Made by a program: the position numbers and the translations under genes. DNA of 64,000 nt, from contig OZ316894.1 of NCBI GenBank assembly GCA_973895155.1, positions 16,786,216-16,850,215 on the forward strand, read 5' to 3'. Under the pieces are notes generated by a model. It worked only from the letters and a program-made list of their open reading frames with translations. It did not search any database and was not told the origin of the DNA. This document shows positions 1 through 13,500 of the stretch, piece by piece (the first letter of the stretch is position 1; every line of letters begins with the position of its first letter). The DNA is from Marsupella aquatica (taxonomy: Eukaryota; Plantae; Marchantiophyta).

Positions 1-3000
1 ACTGGGCAGTCAATTGTGGATAACTCAGAAGATGATACTTACACAGGGATGACAACATTGAAGTGAACGTATTGATCACCATAGTGCTTGGAGTTCAGCT
101 TCTTGATTCCTGTAGAATCATGCAGAGCTTCAGCAATTGGTTCTTCAATGCATCAAAAATGGATTCAAGTGAGTTCTACACTACCATTAGTAAGGGTCAT
201 CTATAGTTTTCTTAGGTAAATGTCTGTTTTAGGTACCATCTCACAATGTCACGCCCCTCAAATAGTGGTGAAATGTGAGCTCACGAGGTGATTAGACTTT
301 TGTTGTCAAATGAGGTTTACCTTTGCCTCGTAGCACAAGCTTTTGGCCAGGCTGTGTTCCTGGACGAACCTGGTCAAGTCCACGAGACAGACTTTAGTCC
401 AATGTCTAAAGGCTGCTGAACATGTTACAAAATCATCCTACTCCGTGCAGGTTCATAAACGTTTCTGAAAAAAATTGAACTGCAAAACATCGCACAATTC
501 GCAGAAACCATGCTATGGCCACACTGTCCAAGAACCCTACTGTAAAAGAGGAGTAACTGGATCAGAAATAATATTCAACAAGCACCTTCAGTATCACATC
601 CCCAGTCAAAGTTTGCACTTGAACTTGACCCCCTAGAATAGCCTGTGTGAAGCTGATGGATGTATTTAGATGGATGTCCGCTCCATCCCTCTTGAACGCA
701 GGGTCATCCACAACCTGCGGCAAGGTTTGGGCATTCCAATCACGGTCAATAATCAGTTCAGAAATTCTAAGCCAGAGGAATGCATAGGTGCGAAAGAAAA
801 GTTGATGAAAACTCAATTCCTGAGGTTAGGGAGTGCGAAGCCAAGCTCAAACAAATTGCCCTGCGAAATCCTCTACCCTCGAACGCGGCCTAAGGGTACA
901 AGAGGCCTACACAGCTTATAAACTAAGTATGTTCTAACTAATTTTATCAATGGTGTTGCAAGTAACTATCCTGCCTTCAAGTTCGATGGGCATGTGCACG
1001 AGTTCTATAGTCTAAAATGAAAAATGACAGCTTCAAGATTTGCAAAAGCAGTAGACTTATCCTATAGTTAAAATGCATCACAACACAAGGTCCGCCCTGG
1101 TAGGAAAAACAGGGCATGGTCTGCAGAGAATATGCCTCGGAACAGAACTTTACCCGCAAATTCACATAGAGGTCCGGTGCTCTAGCTCCAGCAGCACCTC
1201 CACCGCCTTCTCCTTGCAGCTTAATTGTCAAACCAGTGTCCACGCCTGCCCATCAATGCACTTGTTAGAAGGTGAGATCCAGGAGTCCTGAAAATCTGCA
1301 ACTGCTAGCAGGATACGATCCATATTTTATTTGTAACTGTTGCTGACGAAAAAGTACCCTCTCCATTCCATTTCTAGTTGAATGTCACCTCCGCTCTCAA
1401 AGCTCACGCAAAGAAATCATGCAACAACCCGTCCAGTGAGCACTATAACGGGCAAGTGAATGCATGCCGTGCCACTTTAATCCGCACTAACAAACCCTGT
1501 AGACGCCCAACTCATAGATTGCCCCGAATCTCCAGGGCAGTCATATCAGGAGAAATTTCTCTATTTTTCTATTTGATGTAAGATACCACAATATTGCAAC
1601 AGATACAAGACCGCCATATAATAAGAACTGGAAATCCCTTGACATGAAGATGCAAAATGTCAAGTAGATAAACTAAGGGTTGCATCCCAAAACATTGGGT
1701 CATCAAACTTTGGAGGGAATCAAGCCTAGCCAAGAGACTTACCAGGAGGAACAACTACATCAACTTGTTTGATGCCTCTAACAGTCCCGGCACCTCCACA
1801 GGTGGAACACTTTTCCTGCAGTGAAAGCATGTCCCTTCAATATTGCATTACCTAGATTACATTTCCGTAAAAGAGGTCGAGCGCAGACTTAGAAGTAAGC
1901 TGAGACTGGAGCTGAGCAAAAGGAGACCCCAATACTTATAAGAAACCAAGTTAGTCAACTCACCCTCACAAATTGGCCAGAACCGTCGCAAACTCGACAC
2001 ATTGCCTCAAACGTAAACCACGCCTGCTTCATAGTTATCTGTACCCATACCACAAAAGCCTCTGAATGACTTTGGAAGTCCTACAGAAATCCTACGTCTA
2101 GAAAATGCAACCTACAGATCAAGCTGAGTTGGATTCTGCTGCAGATTCATTGTGATCATTCTTTTGGCAGACAAAGAATGCATGACATCAACGACAGGTC
2201 ATGATCTTGCAACTGTCCCGACTTTGTGTTTCTTTACTACGTTGATGTACAAGCGCACCCACATACATGAAACTCACAACCCCGCCCTTGTGCACACACT
2301 TGGATCTGGATGAGTGCGTTGTGGTGCCAAGGGTTGACCACAAGGCCAAACAAGTTTCCTGAATGCCAGGACTGAATAAACATCATCCCTATCTGGAACT
2401 AAACGAGAGAAAACATACCCTTCCAGAACCTCCACAGTCCTTACATTTTTGAACTTTTGCTCCAGCTGGTAAGCCAGTTCCCCCTGATCAAAGCGTAATT
2501 GAAATACCACATGAATACTGGTAAAAAAGAGGTCTGCCTCGCGGTATAATCCATTCAGCTGATCAAAGTACATTAATAATGAGGATTGACAAAAAAGTAG
2601 GATAATAAAACTTACTGCAAGGATCACACTTCACACGAGTTTCAAATGATACTGTTTTAGTACATCCTTGAGCTGCCTCTCGAAATGTTAAGTCAATCGT
2701 AACCTGTCATCAACATAGATATTCAATGGCAGATTACAAATTGTAGATTAATCTAAATAATATCAGAACAGGAGGAAATTGGAGGAGGCATTGGCGACTA
2801 TCCTCCATGAGCGGGTCGGTTTTCAAATAAAAAAGTAGAAGGTAAAGAGGTAACACCAAATGCTCATAAACCACACCAGTTTAACACCAAAGACGACGGT
2901 TATGAAAAAAGACCAAATTTACTCATCAGAAGGACCCCATTTAATGGGTGCAATGGATCTAAACTTGAAAGGCTGGAGTCGCAGAAATTACAAGAGGGTT

Positions 3001-6000
3001 GTCCTGTAACCCACACCTAAAACAGAAATGAGATTGACATGCACACCGGAGCTCTAGGCTTCCTCTGAGAGCACATTCACTGACAATAAACTTCTTTATA
3101 AAAGAAGTAGCAACTACAGTCCTAGATCAGTAAGAATTCGTACAGTTTGGCCACATTCACGAAGCAAACTCACAAGCACAATTGTTTTTTGGCATAATTT
3201 GGAGACAATGATTACCAGCTGACTTTCCCGTGATAAACTAAGCCGAAACCAGGTAAACAAAGGGATTAATAATTACTCAGTTTAAATATGCACGGTGATT
3301 CCACTGTTTTGAAGGTTACTGAGATTCTATCACTGTTTGAGAAAGTGCTTACTGATGACATTCTTCTGTTGTCCTGACCTCCCCCCCCAAAGAAGGAACT
3401 AAAGACCTGCACAAGAACGAAGACAGCGGGCCACCAGGAAAAATTATAAGTAGGTCATTGAGAGGTAAAGACGTTGACAACAACTAAGGAGAATAAGAGT
3501 GCTTCTTTACAAAGAAAACCTAGTCTACCTCATCCACATCTGGTCCAAAGCCAAATCCTCCTCCAAATCCTTGGAATCCACCATCTCCAGCTCCAGCAGC
3601 ATTCGCATGTTCAAACTCCTCAGGACCCATCTGTCAATCATAGAACCAAAGGTTACAATAAATTAATTTAATCACACGTAATTTTGAGCGAAACACCCGC
3701 TGTGAAGAACTTGAAAAAGAGCCGTCTCCAAAAGACAAATGTCACCCCTGAGATACGTGTGAAAGATTGACTCGGTTCTAAAGTTGATGACTACTGACGG
3801 ACCAAAGAACAAAGAAACAAACAACTATTCTATGTGAGTTTGCTTCTCTTACCCTATCATACATGGATCGCTTCTCTTCATCTTTGAGAACCTGGCAATA
3901 AACCAAAAGCAAATTGAAATCAGTGTCTTGTTCACGGCAATTCTATCTGAGTGACTCGACATGAGCAAGGTCAACAAAAAAATCTAGCCCGTTTTCAACA
4001 AGGCTTGAAGAGTACCTTGAACCTAATTCAAGGACAAGGAATTTGAAAGGAAACACTGTTTCGCCGTCCGATGTTTCGCAAATTCTTGAACTAACTTCTC
4101 CCGAAAGTTTAGGCCATCAATAAGTCTTTTTCTTGCCTTCAGAAGTCCACATCAATTAATCTGGGCTAAATTATCCAAGTCAACAGGATTTTCACCTCAT
4201 ACGCATGCTGAATTTCCTGAAATTTTGTCTCTGCTTTCTCATCACCCTTATTCATGTCGGGGTGATACTTTTTGGCAAGCTGCAACCAGTGCAAAAGGGT
4301 GCTACTTAGTACACGGTCACGAATATTAGTGACAATCAGTAAAGAGCTCATTCTAGGTCCAGAAGTTCTTTACAAAAGAAAAACCTGAGACATCGGAACA
4401 AATCTAAGAAGTGTATCACGTTCTACAGAATACTAGTATCCACAGGTCGACTACGGTAGATTGGCCCCAACTCTGAATAACACGTACAGCATAATACGCC
4501 TTCTTGATCGCGGCTGGGCTGGCTCCTCTATCCACGCCTAGAACCTCATAGAAGTCCCTCATTGCCATTTTCTGAACACCTGGCAGGTTACATCGGGTAC
4601 CTCAGAAGCAGCGGTTACTCAATCATAGCTGCTAGATAGGTTACGAGTTTAATTATCATGTTTCAGGAAGAAGTGAATGACGACGCAACACATGGATAAA
4701 GATACTAATACGAATAGGGGTAACGATGAGGATAGGAATTCCGAGTGGAAGAGGGACATAGTTCATCTGCATGTAGAAGCGGATCTGCAAGTCCCGTAGC
4801 ACAGAAGGAGCTAGACACAACTTAATCGTAATCTGTAACGATGACAGTATCGATCTCTGGCTTGCGAGACAACACCATCTCCATATTGAATTTTCACAAG
4901 CCCTCCGTAGTGGAATCGTAGTCTGGAAGCTTCTATATCGTCATTGTGACTATTGGAAAGCAATTTGTCGGCCTAAGGGGCATAACAGCAGAAGGGTATG
5001 CACAACACAGTTCAAATTCATGTCTGTATTACTATCAACTCCATCCGTCCTTACATGGAGTACTTCTTTTCCCCTTTAGAACAGAAGCTGAGAAGGAGAT
5101 GTAGGGTTTAGGGTGCATATATTGAGGAACCCTTCGAAATAGAATAATGTACATTCGGTTAGAAGGCCAGATACATTTCATGGCTTGGTCTTAAGGATCA
5201 AACTCACGTTAAGCACTGACAATAATGTGCCGCAAGCCAACGGGTTTGGTAACAATGTCTTCAAAGACGGGATGAAAGAAGCGGATCAGGACGTCCAATT
5301 GTACTATAAGCGAGTAGACAAATGCCTGAAGAAAATATAGCCAATGAAGCAACCCATCCACATATCGCAGTTTATGACGTACATTGGAGAATAACAAACG
5401 AATGAGACTGTCAAGAAATCTGAGAAGAGTCTGAGAACATTTTCATCATGACTGTCTACAGAGAAGACAGAAAACATCAGCAGATCTCCTCTGATGGCAG
5501 CGGAAATCTTTCCTAGTCTGAGATAAGTCGGGAAACATTTCCAGCCGATCCATGAAGTCCGCAAATAGTACCAAAACTCCTCTTATGCACGGCACTAAGA
5601 GATGTAACTGATTTAGCTCGAGTTTGGTGGCGCAACACCAGATATCTACGAGAAGACCTGATAAACCAAATTCTAAAAGATAATAACTTGACGTTTGATC
5701 TGCTACAAAACCTTTCAGGTCTTTCAATAATCTGCAGAAGCTCAAGCGCTTGATTTAAAAATCCAGAACTTGTGAAGTTCTTACTTCAGTGCAAGTGGAC
5801 ATCACTGCAGCCTGCGGCTGTCAGTTGTGCAAATCTGGCGGTAGGAAATTGTCAGCTAGGCAGAGAGAGGTCAGGCAAGGAGGAGAAAGCTCACACGTTT
5901 GCATATCATAGAAAAGAATGGCTACCAGCCTCTTGACAACAATTTTCATGCATCCAAGCTCCTAACAAAGATGAATTCAGCACCTGTGAAAATTGCCGAA

Positions 6001-7464
6001 GTACGGCGACCAATAGAAAACATAAAACGCAATGGAAGCAAAGAATCGAAATCTGTTTCCGGCAACTTTCTCGATCTGCCATTTCATCGCATAGATGATT
6101 GTCCTCGACTTGTTGCAAAAGCGCCATGAAGTAAGACGGCTCGGCTTCCGAGTCATTTACCGAATTCATCAACTCAGATTAAAAAGAGCCACGTACCTGT
6201 AGCATGAAAGCCCCTGGCCGTCATAAAATGGTGTGGTGGGAACAGGTTTGTCTCTCTCACAAAGCTTCCTTGGTGTTCACGGCAACCACATTCACCTGCA
6301 AATGTGTTCATGTAAGGAACGCTAGTGTTTGCGTATTTGGACAAGTACAGCAACCAAACTGTTGGTGGTTGGACCAAAGTAATCTGACATTCTAAAGGCA
6401 CCTGAAAGTCTCACCATATTGTTACAACTTACCCGAACTGCGTAGAGGAGATGCCATGTTCCAAGTATAGTACGAGTGCCCGAATTGCCAAATTGGTATC
6501 TGGCCACGGGCAACTCCATCCTGCACCACCACAAAAAGTTCTGAGCGTGAACCCAATGACGAATATGATGCCTGATATGCAATACCAATTGACTGAGAAG
6601 GACCGTCTTTCAAGGCACAAATCAACAACGTCCACTGTTAAGGCTGAACACTGTTTGTGCGAGTTTTATCATAAAATTTCATTCCGAGTATTCAGCTCCC
6701 TAATCACACTCCAAAACCATGTCACTGCAAACAAATCACTGTTGTTTCCAGCATCGCAGACAGTATGCAGATAACAACAGTTACAATAGTCCGAATCCAC
6801 TGACAAAACGAGAGAAATATAATGGGTTTGATAACTAATCAGGGATACGGATGCGCACGAGGGGTAACAACATGAGAGAATATCTGTTAAAGGAAAAACT
6901 ACGACCAGCGGACAAACGTAAAATTGGCGCATAGACCAAAGCACTCTAGATCACGGGATCCAATCCATCAACTAACTCCAGGTCCATGCAGAAGATAGTA
7001 TCATGGCCTTATCATTTCATTTTGTCCGCTAGGCTCTAAGAGCTCCCACACGGCGGAAGAATTCGTCAATTGCCCCAGACTAGAACTAAAATACCAACTT
7101 GTTCAAGCCAAGCAGTAATCCAAGGTGTCGTTAGGTCGATATGTCCGATAAGTTGATGCCTCAATTGGAGGGCAGCAGCCGAGCGAGGCCCCATAAGTTT
7201 ATTCAGCTGCGTGATTGAATCGTCGCAATGAACTACTTCCTCTGGCATTCCAAATTAAATTCACGTCGTGTATGACGAATTCCGGATCAAAGAGTTTGGT
7301 GGATTCCCATCCGAAAATCACAGCAAAAAAGCCTCTTCCGTTGTCAATGAATTGCAAAGTGAAACCTTGAGGGATTTCGAAACTCTTACCGTCACATTGG
7401 GCGGGGGTGATTGCAGGGAATGTCGAAGGAGCCGGAACGAGCGGCGCCACGGGACACGAGACAT
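1..7464 (-). CDS. Type-I DnaJ/Hsp40 chaperone, mitochondrial GFA2-like; multi-exon, 3' end continues beyond the window start
   Basis: Exons read by eye: 7464-7390 [18 protein letters not shown] (Arg-rich transit-like; start tentative); 6401-6197 ...RGFHATG; 4579-4488 [21 protein letters not shown]; 4279-4196 [13 protein letters not shown] (J-domain HPD); ~3630-3530 G/F-rich [13 protein letters not shown]; ~2024-1963 and ~1816-1743 zinc-finger CRVCDGSG and CSTCGGAG; ~1246-1153 [14 protein letters not shown]; ~714-586 [19 protein letters not shown]; ~370-321 [16 protein letters not shown]; ~110-40 [16 protein letters not shown] boundaries were seen. The exon list may be incomplete. Confidence 0.92.
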
Positions 7465-7529
7465 CCTTGCTTACTGGCTGCAGAGGCCCGCCGCCTCGAC
7501 AGTCAGTCAGTGGTTTCTTCCACCAAACC

Positions 7530-7588
7530 CTCTCTCTCTCGCTCTCTGTGCACGAAATCTCTCTCTCTCTCTCTCTCTCTGGTTCTCT
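7530..7588. repeat. (CT)n/(GA)n microsatellite upstream of the DnaJ start
   Basis: ctctctctctc runs at 7530-7540 and 7558-7580; GA tracts are typical of plant promoters and 5' UTRs. Confidence 0.85.
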
Positions 7589-7794
7589 CACAAATACTTG
7601 ATACAGAAAAATGTTTAGCCTCGTAGCAAAAGCGGTAAACAGCAAAGATTCGCGAGGTGATTGAGAAAACACAAGGGTTACTGGTCAACACAAGCTCGTG
7701 TCATAATGAACCGTGCAAACACAATCGATTCATGCGTGAGGCGGGAGGTCATCCGTCCATCGAGGAAGACTCCAACGACTTGGATCAAAAAGGT

Positions 7795-7860
7795 TAGAAT
7801 CTTGGCAAGGGGATTAGCCTGGACCTGAAAGGTCCCAGGTTCAATCCCCCCTCCACGCAC
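7795..7860 (+). mobile_element. tRNA-derived SINE-like head (Pol III A/B boxes)
   Basis: A-box-like TGGCAAGGGG at 7803, hairpin GGACCT-GAA-AGGTCC, then AGGTCCCAGGTTCAATCCC with B-box GGTTCAATCC at 7838-7847. It does not fold into a full cloverleaf. Confidence 0.4.
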
Positions 7861-7884
7861 ATGGGTATTGTACATGGGTGGGAT

Positions 7885-8090
7885 AGGTTTTGTGGGTAGT
7901 GGATAGGAGCTCTGATTACCTACCCAGCCCTTGGTTGTTTATTTTGTGGCCCTGATTTAATTTTCACTCCCTCCTGGTGCTGGACAGGATGGGGGGTTTT
8001 GTGAGTAGTGGATCTGAGCTTTTGATTATCTCCTTGGCCCCTGGTTGTCCACTTTGCGGCCCTGATTTAACTTTCCCTCCCTCCCGGTGC
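7885..8090. repeat. Diverged ~105-bp tandem duplication
   Basis: ttttgtg(g/a)gtagtggat..gagct.tgatta...ggttgt...tttg.ggccctgatttaa.ttt.c.ctccctcc.ggtgc occurs twice (~7887 and ~7997). Confidence 0.75.
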
Positions 8091-8655
8091 GGGTCCATGT
8101 CGGATCCACAGGGGCTCACCCATGAAATGAAATCCCTACAATGAATGTATAGGATAATGCAGGTCCTGGTCTGGGTTACTAGCTTGTAATCCTGTGACCA
8201 GAACATGAAGAAAATTTTATAGGCGACAACCAGGAAGGTTTTCTGATCTTTCTTGGACAAGGGTTCAGACTAGAACCCCTGCCCAGACATGCATTACAGT
8301 ACATAATTACTGTCTGGAAAAAGGTTACTTTCAGGAAATAGATTATGGGAATAATAAGGGCTCCCATAAATGTTTACATGTCGGTAACCTATTTTCCTAA
8401 CAGAATTTACTTATGTTGGTATTGAGGTGGGGAGAGACTACTAAGTGTTCTTACTCATTTCCATTCAAGACAGAAAAAAAGGGTTTGGATCTTTGTCTTT
8501 GATCCCATTCAAGGGTGGCTTGAACCAAAAATCTTTAAAAACTTTGGGTGGATTTACAAGACATATGCAGCCACAGTCTTCTTTTTATTCACCTTAAGAT
8601 TCACCTTAAATATGGGCAGTATAGAGACAGCTACAGTTGGCTGTACAAGAATTCG

Positions 8656-8928
8656 GGGGCCCATTTGGGTATGGTGTCCACCTATTGTACATGACAACCA
8701 ATAGGCAAATAATGAGCCCAAGTAAATGCTGATGTGGAGTGCTTCTTTTCTACCACCTTGAGATGTGATCCAAGCATTTTCAAGAGCTTGGGGCCCATTT
8801 GGGTATGGTGTCTACCTATTCTTCATGGGAGCTAATGGGCAAGTAATGAATCCCAAGTAACTGCTTGTGGGGTGCTTCTTTTGTCTTATTTTTTCACCAC
8901 CTAGAAATGTGATCCAAACATTTCCAAA
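8656..8928. repeat. Diverged ~135-bp tandem duplication
   Basis: ggggcccatttgggtatggtgtc.acctatt...cccaagtaa.tgct..tgtgg.gtgcttctttt...accacct..a.atgtgatccaa occurs at ~8657 and ~8790. Confidence 0.8.
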
Positions 8929-10514
8929 CTGTGGCTCCTTCATTCAAGTGATTTGTTGAAGTTCACTTCAAAAGAATTTTGGTCTGAAGTGTGTGTAGTG
9001 TGTTCCCTGATCTACGCATCATCAATGTGTGAGCCTCGTCCAACACCATTACAATGCTAAATTTAATTGATGCACTTTAGCAATGGTTACCTTATCCTAC
9101 CAGTACTCATGGCTAGCTCATTCCATGTTTTACCTTACTAATTGCATATTACAAACAAACAAACAAAAATGTTTACTGGAGAAATAGTATGTTGCCAATC
9201 TTTTCTTGTCCGTTCTTCTCTTGAGTAATTTCTTATTCTTATAAGGGGAAAAGTTAAGGTGAGATTCCCGGATTTTTTTTGTTTTGTGTTTTGGGAGAAA
9301 GTTATGGAGGGCCAAGCGCATTCAACTAAGAAGAGCCAAAAGGCAGGTAAGAAAGTTAGTTATGAAATTGTTTTTTAAGAAGGTTGTGTAGGGCCAAGGG
9401 AGTTGACCCAAGAAAAGCCAACAAGGGTACAAGCCACCCAAGGCCTAAGGCCATTTTGATTTTATTTTTGGGAGGTTGTCGAGGCCCAAGAGCATTAAAC
9501 CAAGAAAAGCCCCAAAAGGTACCAGTAGCACGAGGCCAAATTCCTGCAGCAAGGAGAAGAAAACCTAAATTCCTGCACTAAGAAGAGGAAAACCTCACCA
9601 AGAAACCAGCTGGACAGCCTTAAACCACCACTAGCCATGACAAAGGTTTCACCATAAATAGTGTAATTTCCTGAATTTGTGGAGCAATATGGAACAGGAG
9701 AGGAGAAGGATGAGAGTAAAGTGGAGCAATATGGAAAGAGAGCGGAGAAAGATGAGAGGAAAGTGAAAGAGAAAAGGTTTGGACACTTACCCCTTTTATA
9801 TGGATAGTGGCGCTTTAAAGATAACCCAAAAGAGAGCAAGTCACGAGGACCTAAGCCTACTTATGAAGAACCGAGAGAACTCCAGTAGCGTCAAAGATAA
9901 GAGGTACTGGAAATTTTATATGAAGGACCAAGAGAACTACGGAGAACTGATAATATAAGGTTCTGGAGATCTCTTCTCAAGTTAGGTGCAGTAACAGGCT
10001 AGGGACAATTATGAAACTAATTCAAACAGAGACTTTATGGGCTGGGAGATTTCATTCATAGAAATGGGTTCAAGGTGTGCATGGTGTTTCATTCATAGCT
10101 TGAAATGGAAGGCCAAATCCAACAAGGGTCCTTCGAGTACTTTCTAGAATTGTAGTCCTCTGTTATTGAGCCAATATTCACAAACAAAATAGTAGGCACT
10201 TTATTCGAAAGTGCTTTCTATTGCTCACAGAAAACAGTTTCTTCAAGTTCATAATCAAACCGGAGGAAAGAAAAATCTTTCAAGAAATTGTTATGAACCA
10301 AAATTGAAATTGACAAGCGGCCCAAATAGTTTTGAGACTTTACTTTCTCTTCATTACGAGGAAAAAACATTTTTGAAGAGTACAACACAACTTCAAGAGT
10401 AAAATACACTTTTTCTGGACAATATGGAACACATTCTGTCAAAAGAATCGTTTCTATAATTTAAAATGAATTGCAGGCTCCACAGTTCAATCTTACCTAA
10501 TCATAATCTATTTA

Positions 10515-13500
10515 CTAGCCTCTCCGTGAGATACTCTGTTGTCTTCTTACTTTAGAACTGAGCTCCAATACAATGTGATAATCAGAAGGGCGTACAGTGT
10601 TTTTGAAACAGCGGAAGAGAAATTCTGGTAGTAAAGCTGCTACAACCACAAGTAGCTGGGTAAGCCAATAGCTTGGAGACAGCCCTACTGCCTCTATGAG
10701 TTCTTTGTAGGCTGTTGTTGCAAATGAGACTGGCAGGGCCCCATAAATTAGCAAAAACACGTACCAGAGGGCGATGCTGCCCCAGATAGTGACATGATGG
10801 ATCCAAGTGAAGTATCTAATGGCAATGGTGAGCTGAACATTAGGGACCAGGACCAAACATGAGAAAAGAAGGGCACCAAATTCTTGAGTAGATGCCGTCT
10901 CACCACCTTTGCGGAATGGAGCCACCCAGTACAAGGCAGCAGTGAAGAAGAAAATGAGGAGTCCCGTGTACAGGGAGTTAAGGAGCCATATTGCTACCAG
11001 GTACTTGTTGAAAAACTCCTTCCTTTGGCCAGCTCTGTAAAGCTGAGGATACTTCACACACTCTGCTGCAGAGACATCTTGGTCGATAACGCCAACTACA
11101 CAGATGGGTATGGCAGTGAAGAGTGTATTGTAGAATGATGCATACCAGTCATTGTAAAGTGGCTGACCTGAGAAGAAAGTAAATGCATTGCAGCAGAAAG
11201 CGATCCATCCAATAAGGCTGACCTTGTAGAAAAAGTACAATATCTGCAATGCACAAACAAGTTTCATGAGTATGGTACAATTTCTGGAGGATTCAATTGA
11301 ATTCCTATTACAGCCAACGAATAGAGGAAGGTGTCAGCAGATGTTACATCTTAGCCAAACGACGCACACATCTCTTACTACAAACGACCTCGGCATACAT
11401 AACAAAAGTACTCACCATCAGTGAGATGCGACGGTAGGACCAATGACCATGCACGAGGAGCAGGCGTTCCAAAAACCTAAATTGTGCAATCGCATAATCA
11501 CCTGCCATAGCCGCCTGGAGTGCAAAACGAGAAACATAAGATAAATCAAATATTCCACGTCCTACGCCATCGGTCACACAACAGGGAGCATTCGTAGTGA
11601 AGTAGACAAATGAACCAGTTTCTGGGTCTCACAATAAAAGGGGCACAAATGTACATCAAACCAACGTGATCTTTTCAACTACAGGAATGTCCGTGAGAAC
11701 AGATCAAGATGTCCTTCGAAACTGGAAACTTCTTTTGCAATAACGAACACTTACCTGAGCACCTTCCACACCCGTGATACCAACACCCACATTTGCAGCT
11801 TGGATCATGCCCACATCATTGGCACCGTCCCCTATGGCCAGACAAAGCCTGTTCTCTCCCATTCCCTTCCTTACCAACCTTGTAACCTGGGCCTTTTGCC
11901 GGGGTGACACTCGACAGCACAGAATAGAAGTACACTGTTTACAAACCCGAATAAACTCGTCCTGGAGATTATCGTCTTCGAGTACAAAGGCAAGTGAGTA
12001 ACCATCAATCACCAATGCAAATGAGGCCTCTTGATCTCTGGGAGCTGAAGGACTTATTTTTCTGCTTGACAGATTTTGACTGCCAAAGCCATCGAGTTGA
12101 GTATTTTGCTGACGTTTTGCATCCTTTAAAAAGGCTGCCTCCCCATTTTCCTGCCTAGTCATAGATGTGTATTCTTGCAGTTCCTGCTCGGGTTCCCTGT
12201 GACTGGGCCTTCGACTTAATGCACCGAACAGGTTACCAGAGAAGCTCTGAGAGGAATTGTAACCCATAGCACCGTTCTCCTCTGCAGAATCAGGAAATTT
12301 GTCCCCACCCACTTCGTTTCGTATTCTCCCAATCTCCATATTGCCGTCTGACAATTGTTCAGCCACAATATCTTTCAACTCCTGCAATCCAATGAGAAAT
12401 GGTCATATCATTGGAAATTAATTTCTATTAATTCTGACTGACAGATTACTCTGAGATCTACCAGAGCTGTCAAGCAAGGCTCAAAAGAAACGTCAGAAAA
12501 GACAATATGGGTACTACAATACCTACGACTTCCACCTATCCACTATGTCTTCGTTCAAGTTTCCGGACAAAGACTTCATTATGAGGAACACATTTCATCG
12601 TCCCCTGTAATCCAGCAAATGGCTCTGAAGTACCTTGTTTACATCCTCAGAGGACAGATTCTCTCTCTCAGCTCTCTCCTCCACTTCCCGGGCCTCAGAA
12701 CCTTCCAAAGTGATGATAATCTTCTGCATGCCTTTTCGAAGAAGGCTGGCGATGAAAAACCCACAACCACATGTGTTTGTGAGTTACGGATGAATGCAGT
12801 CAAGATTAACAAGAAGGAAATCAGGCAAAAATGGCCGAACATTGATCTATAAGAGGCTGCCGGTGATTCAGTGTCGTCATTGATAAATTAAGATAGTAAA
12901 CTATGATTTGGTTCAGCTTTACCTGCAGGCATAACCAATGTTGATAGCAGTTTCCACCTTATCCCCAGTAAGTACCCAGATGTTAATACCAGCCTGAGCA
13001 AGGTGGTCAATAGTATCAGGAACCCCATCTTGCAACTTATCCTCCACTCCAGTTCCTCCTACAATCAGAAGATTCCTTTCAATTTGATCTGCAACTTCCT
13101 CAATTCTTTGTTCTCTCTCTCGACCAATGACACTCCGGGCTTTTACGTATTCAGCTTGCCATTTTTGATACTCTGCTGCATCTAGCTCACGATAGGCCAC
13201 CACAAGTGTCCTCAACCCCACCTCTGCGAATTGCCTCAATTGGTTCATCGTTGATCTCAAATATCTTTGGTTTCCAGGGTCCACTCGCTGAGCCATGACA
13301 GAATCAGCACCCTTGGATAGCAACATTATTCGTCCATCTGGATAGCGGACAATGACAGACATCCGTTTCCGTGCGCTACTGAACTCCAAAACATTCAAAA
13401 GCTCATAACTTTGGTCTCTGTATTCGACCCCTTGTCCAACCGACTCCCTGACGTACACTGTTGACGGCGTTCTCTTATAGAAACAGAAGCCAAACTGCTT

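Noticed and set aside
5209-6172. Several 60-100 aa ORFs in the large DnaJ intron
   Set aside because: No motifs, and the flanking DnaJ exons join in phase without them.
7795-7860. Functional tRNA gene
   Set aside because: No acceptor stem or proper anticodon arm could be folded; kept only as a SINE-like head.
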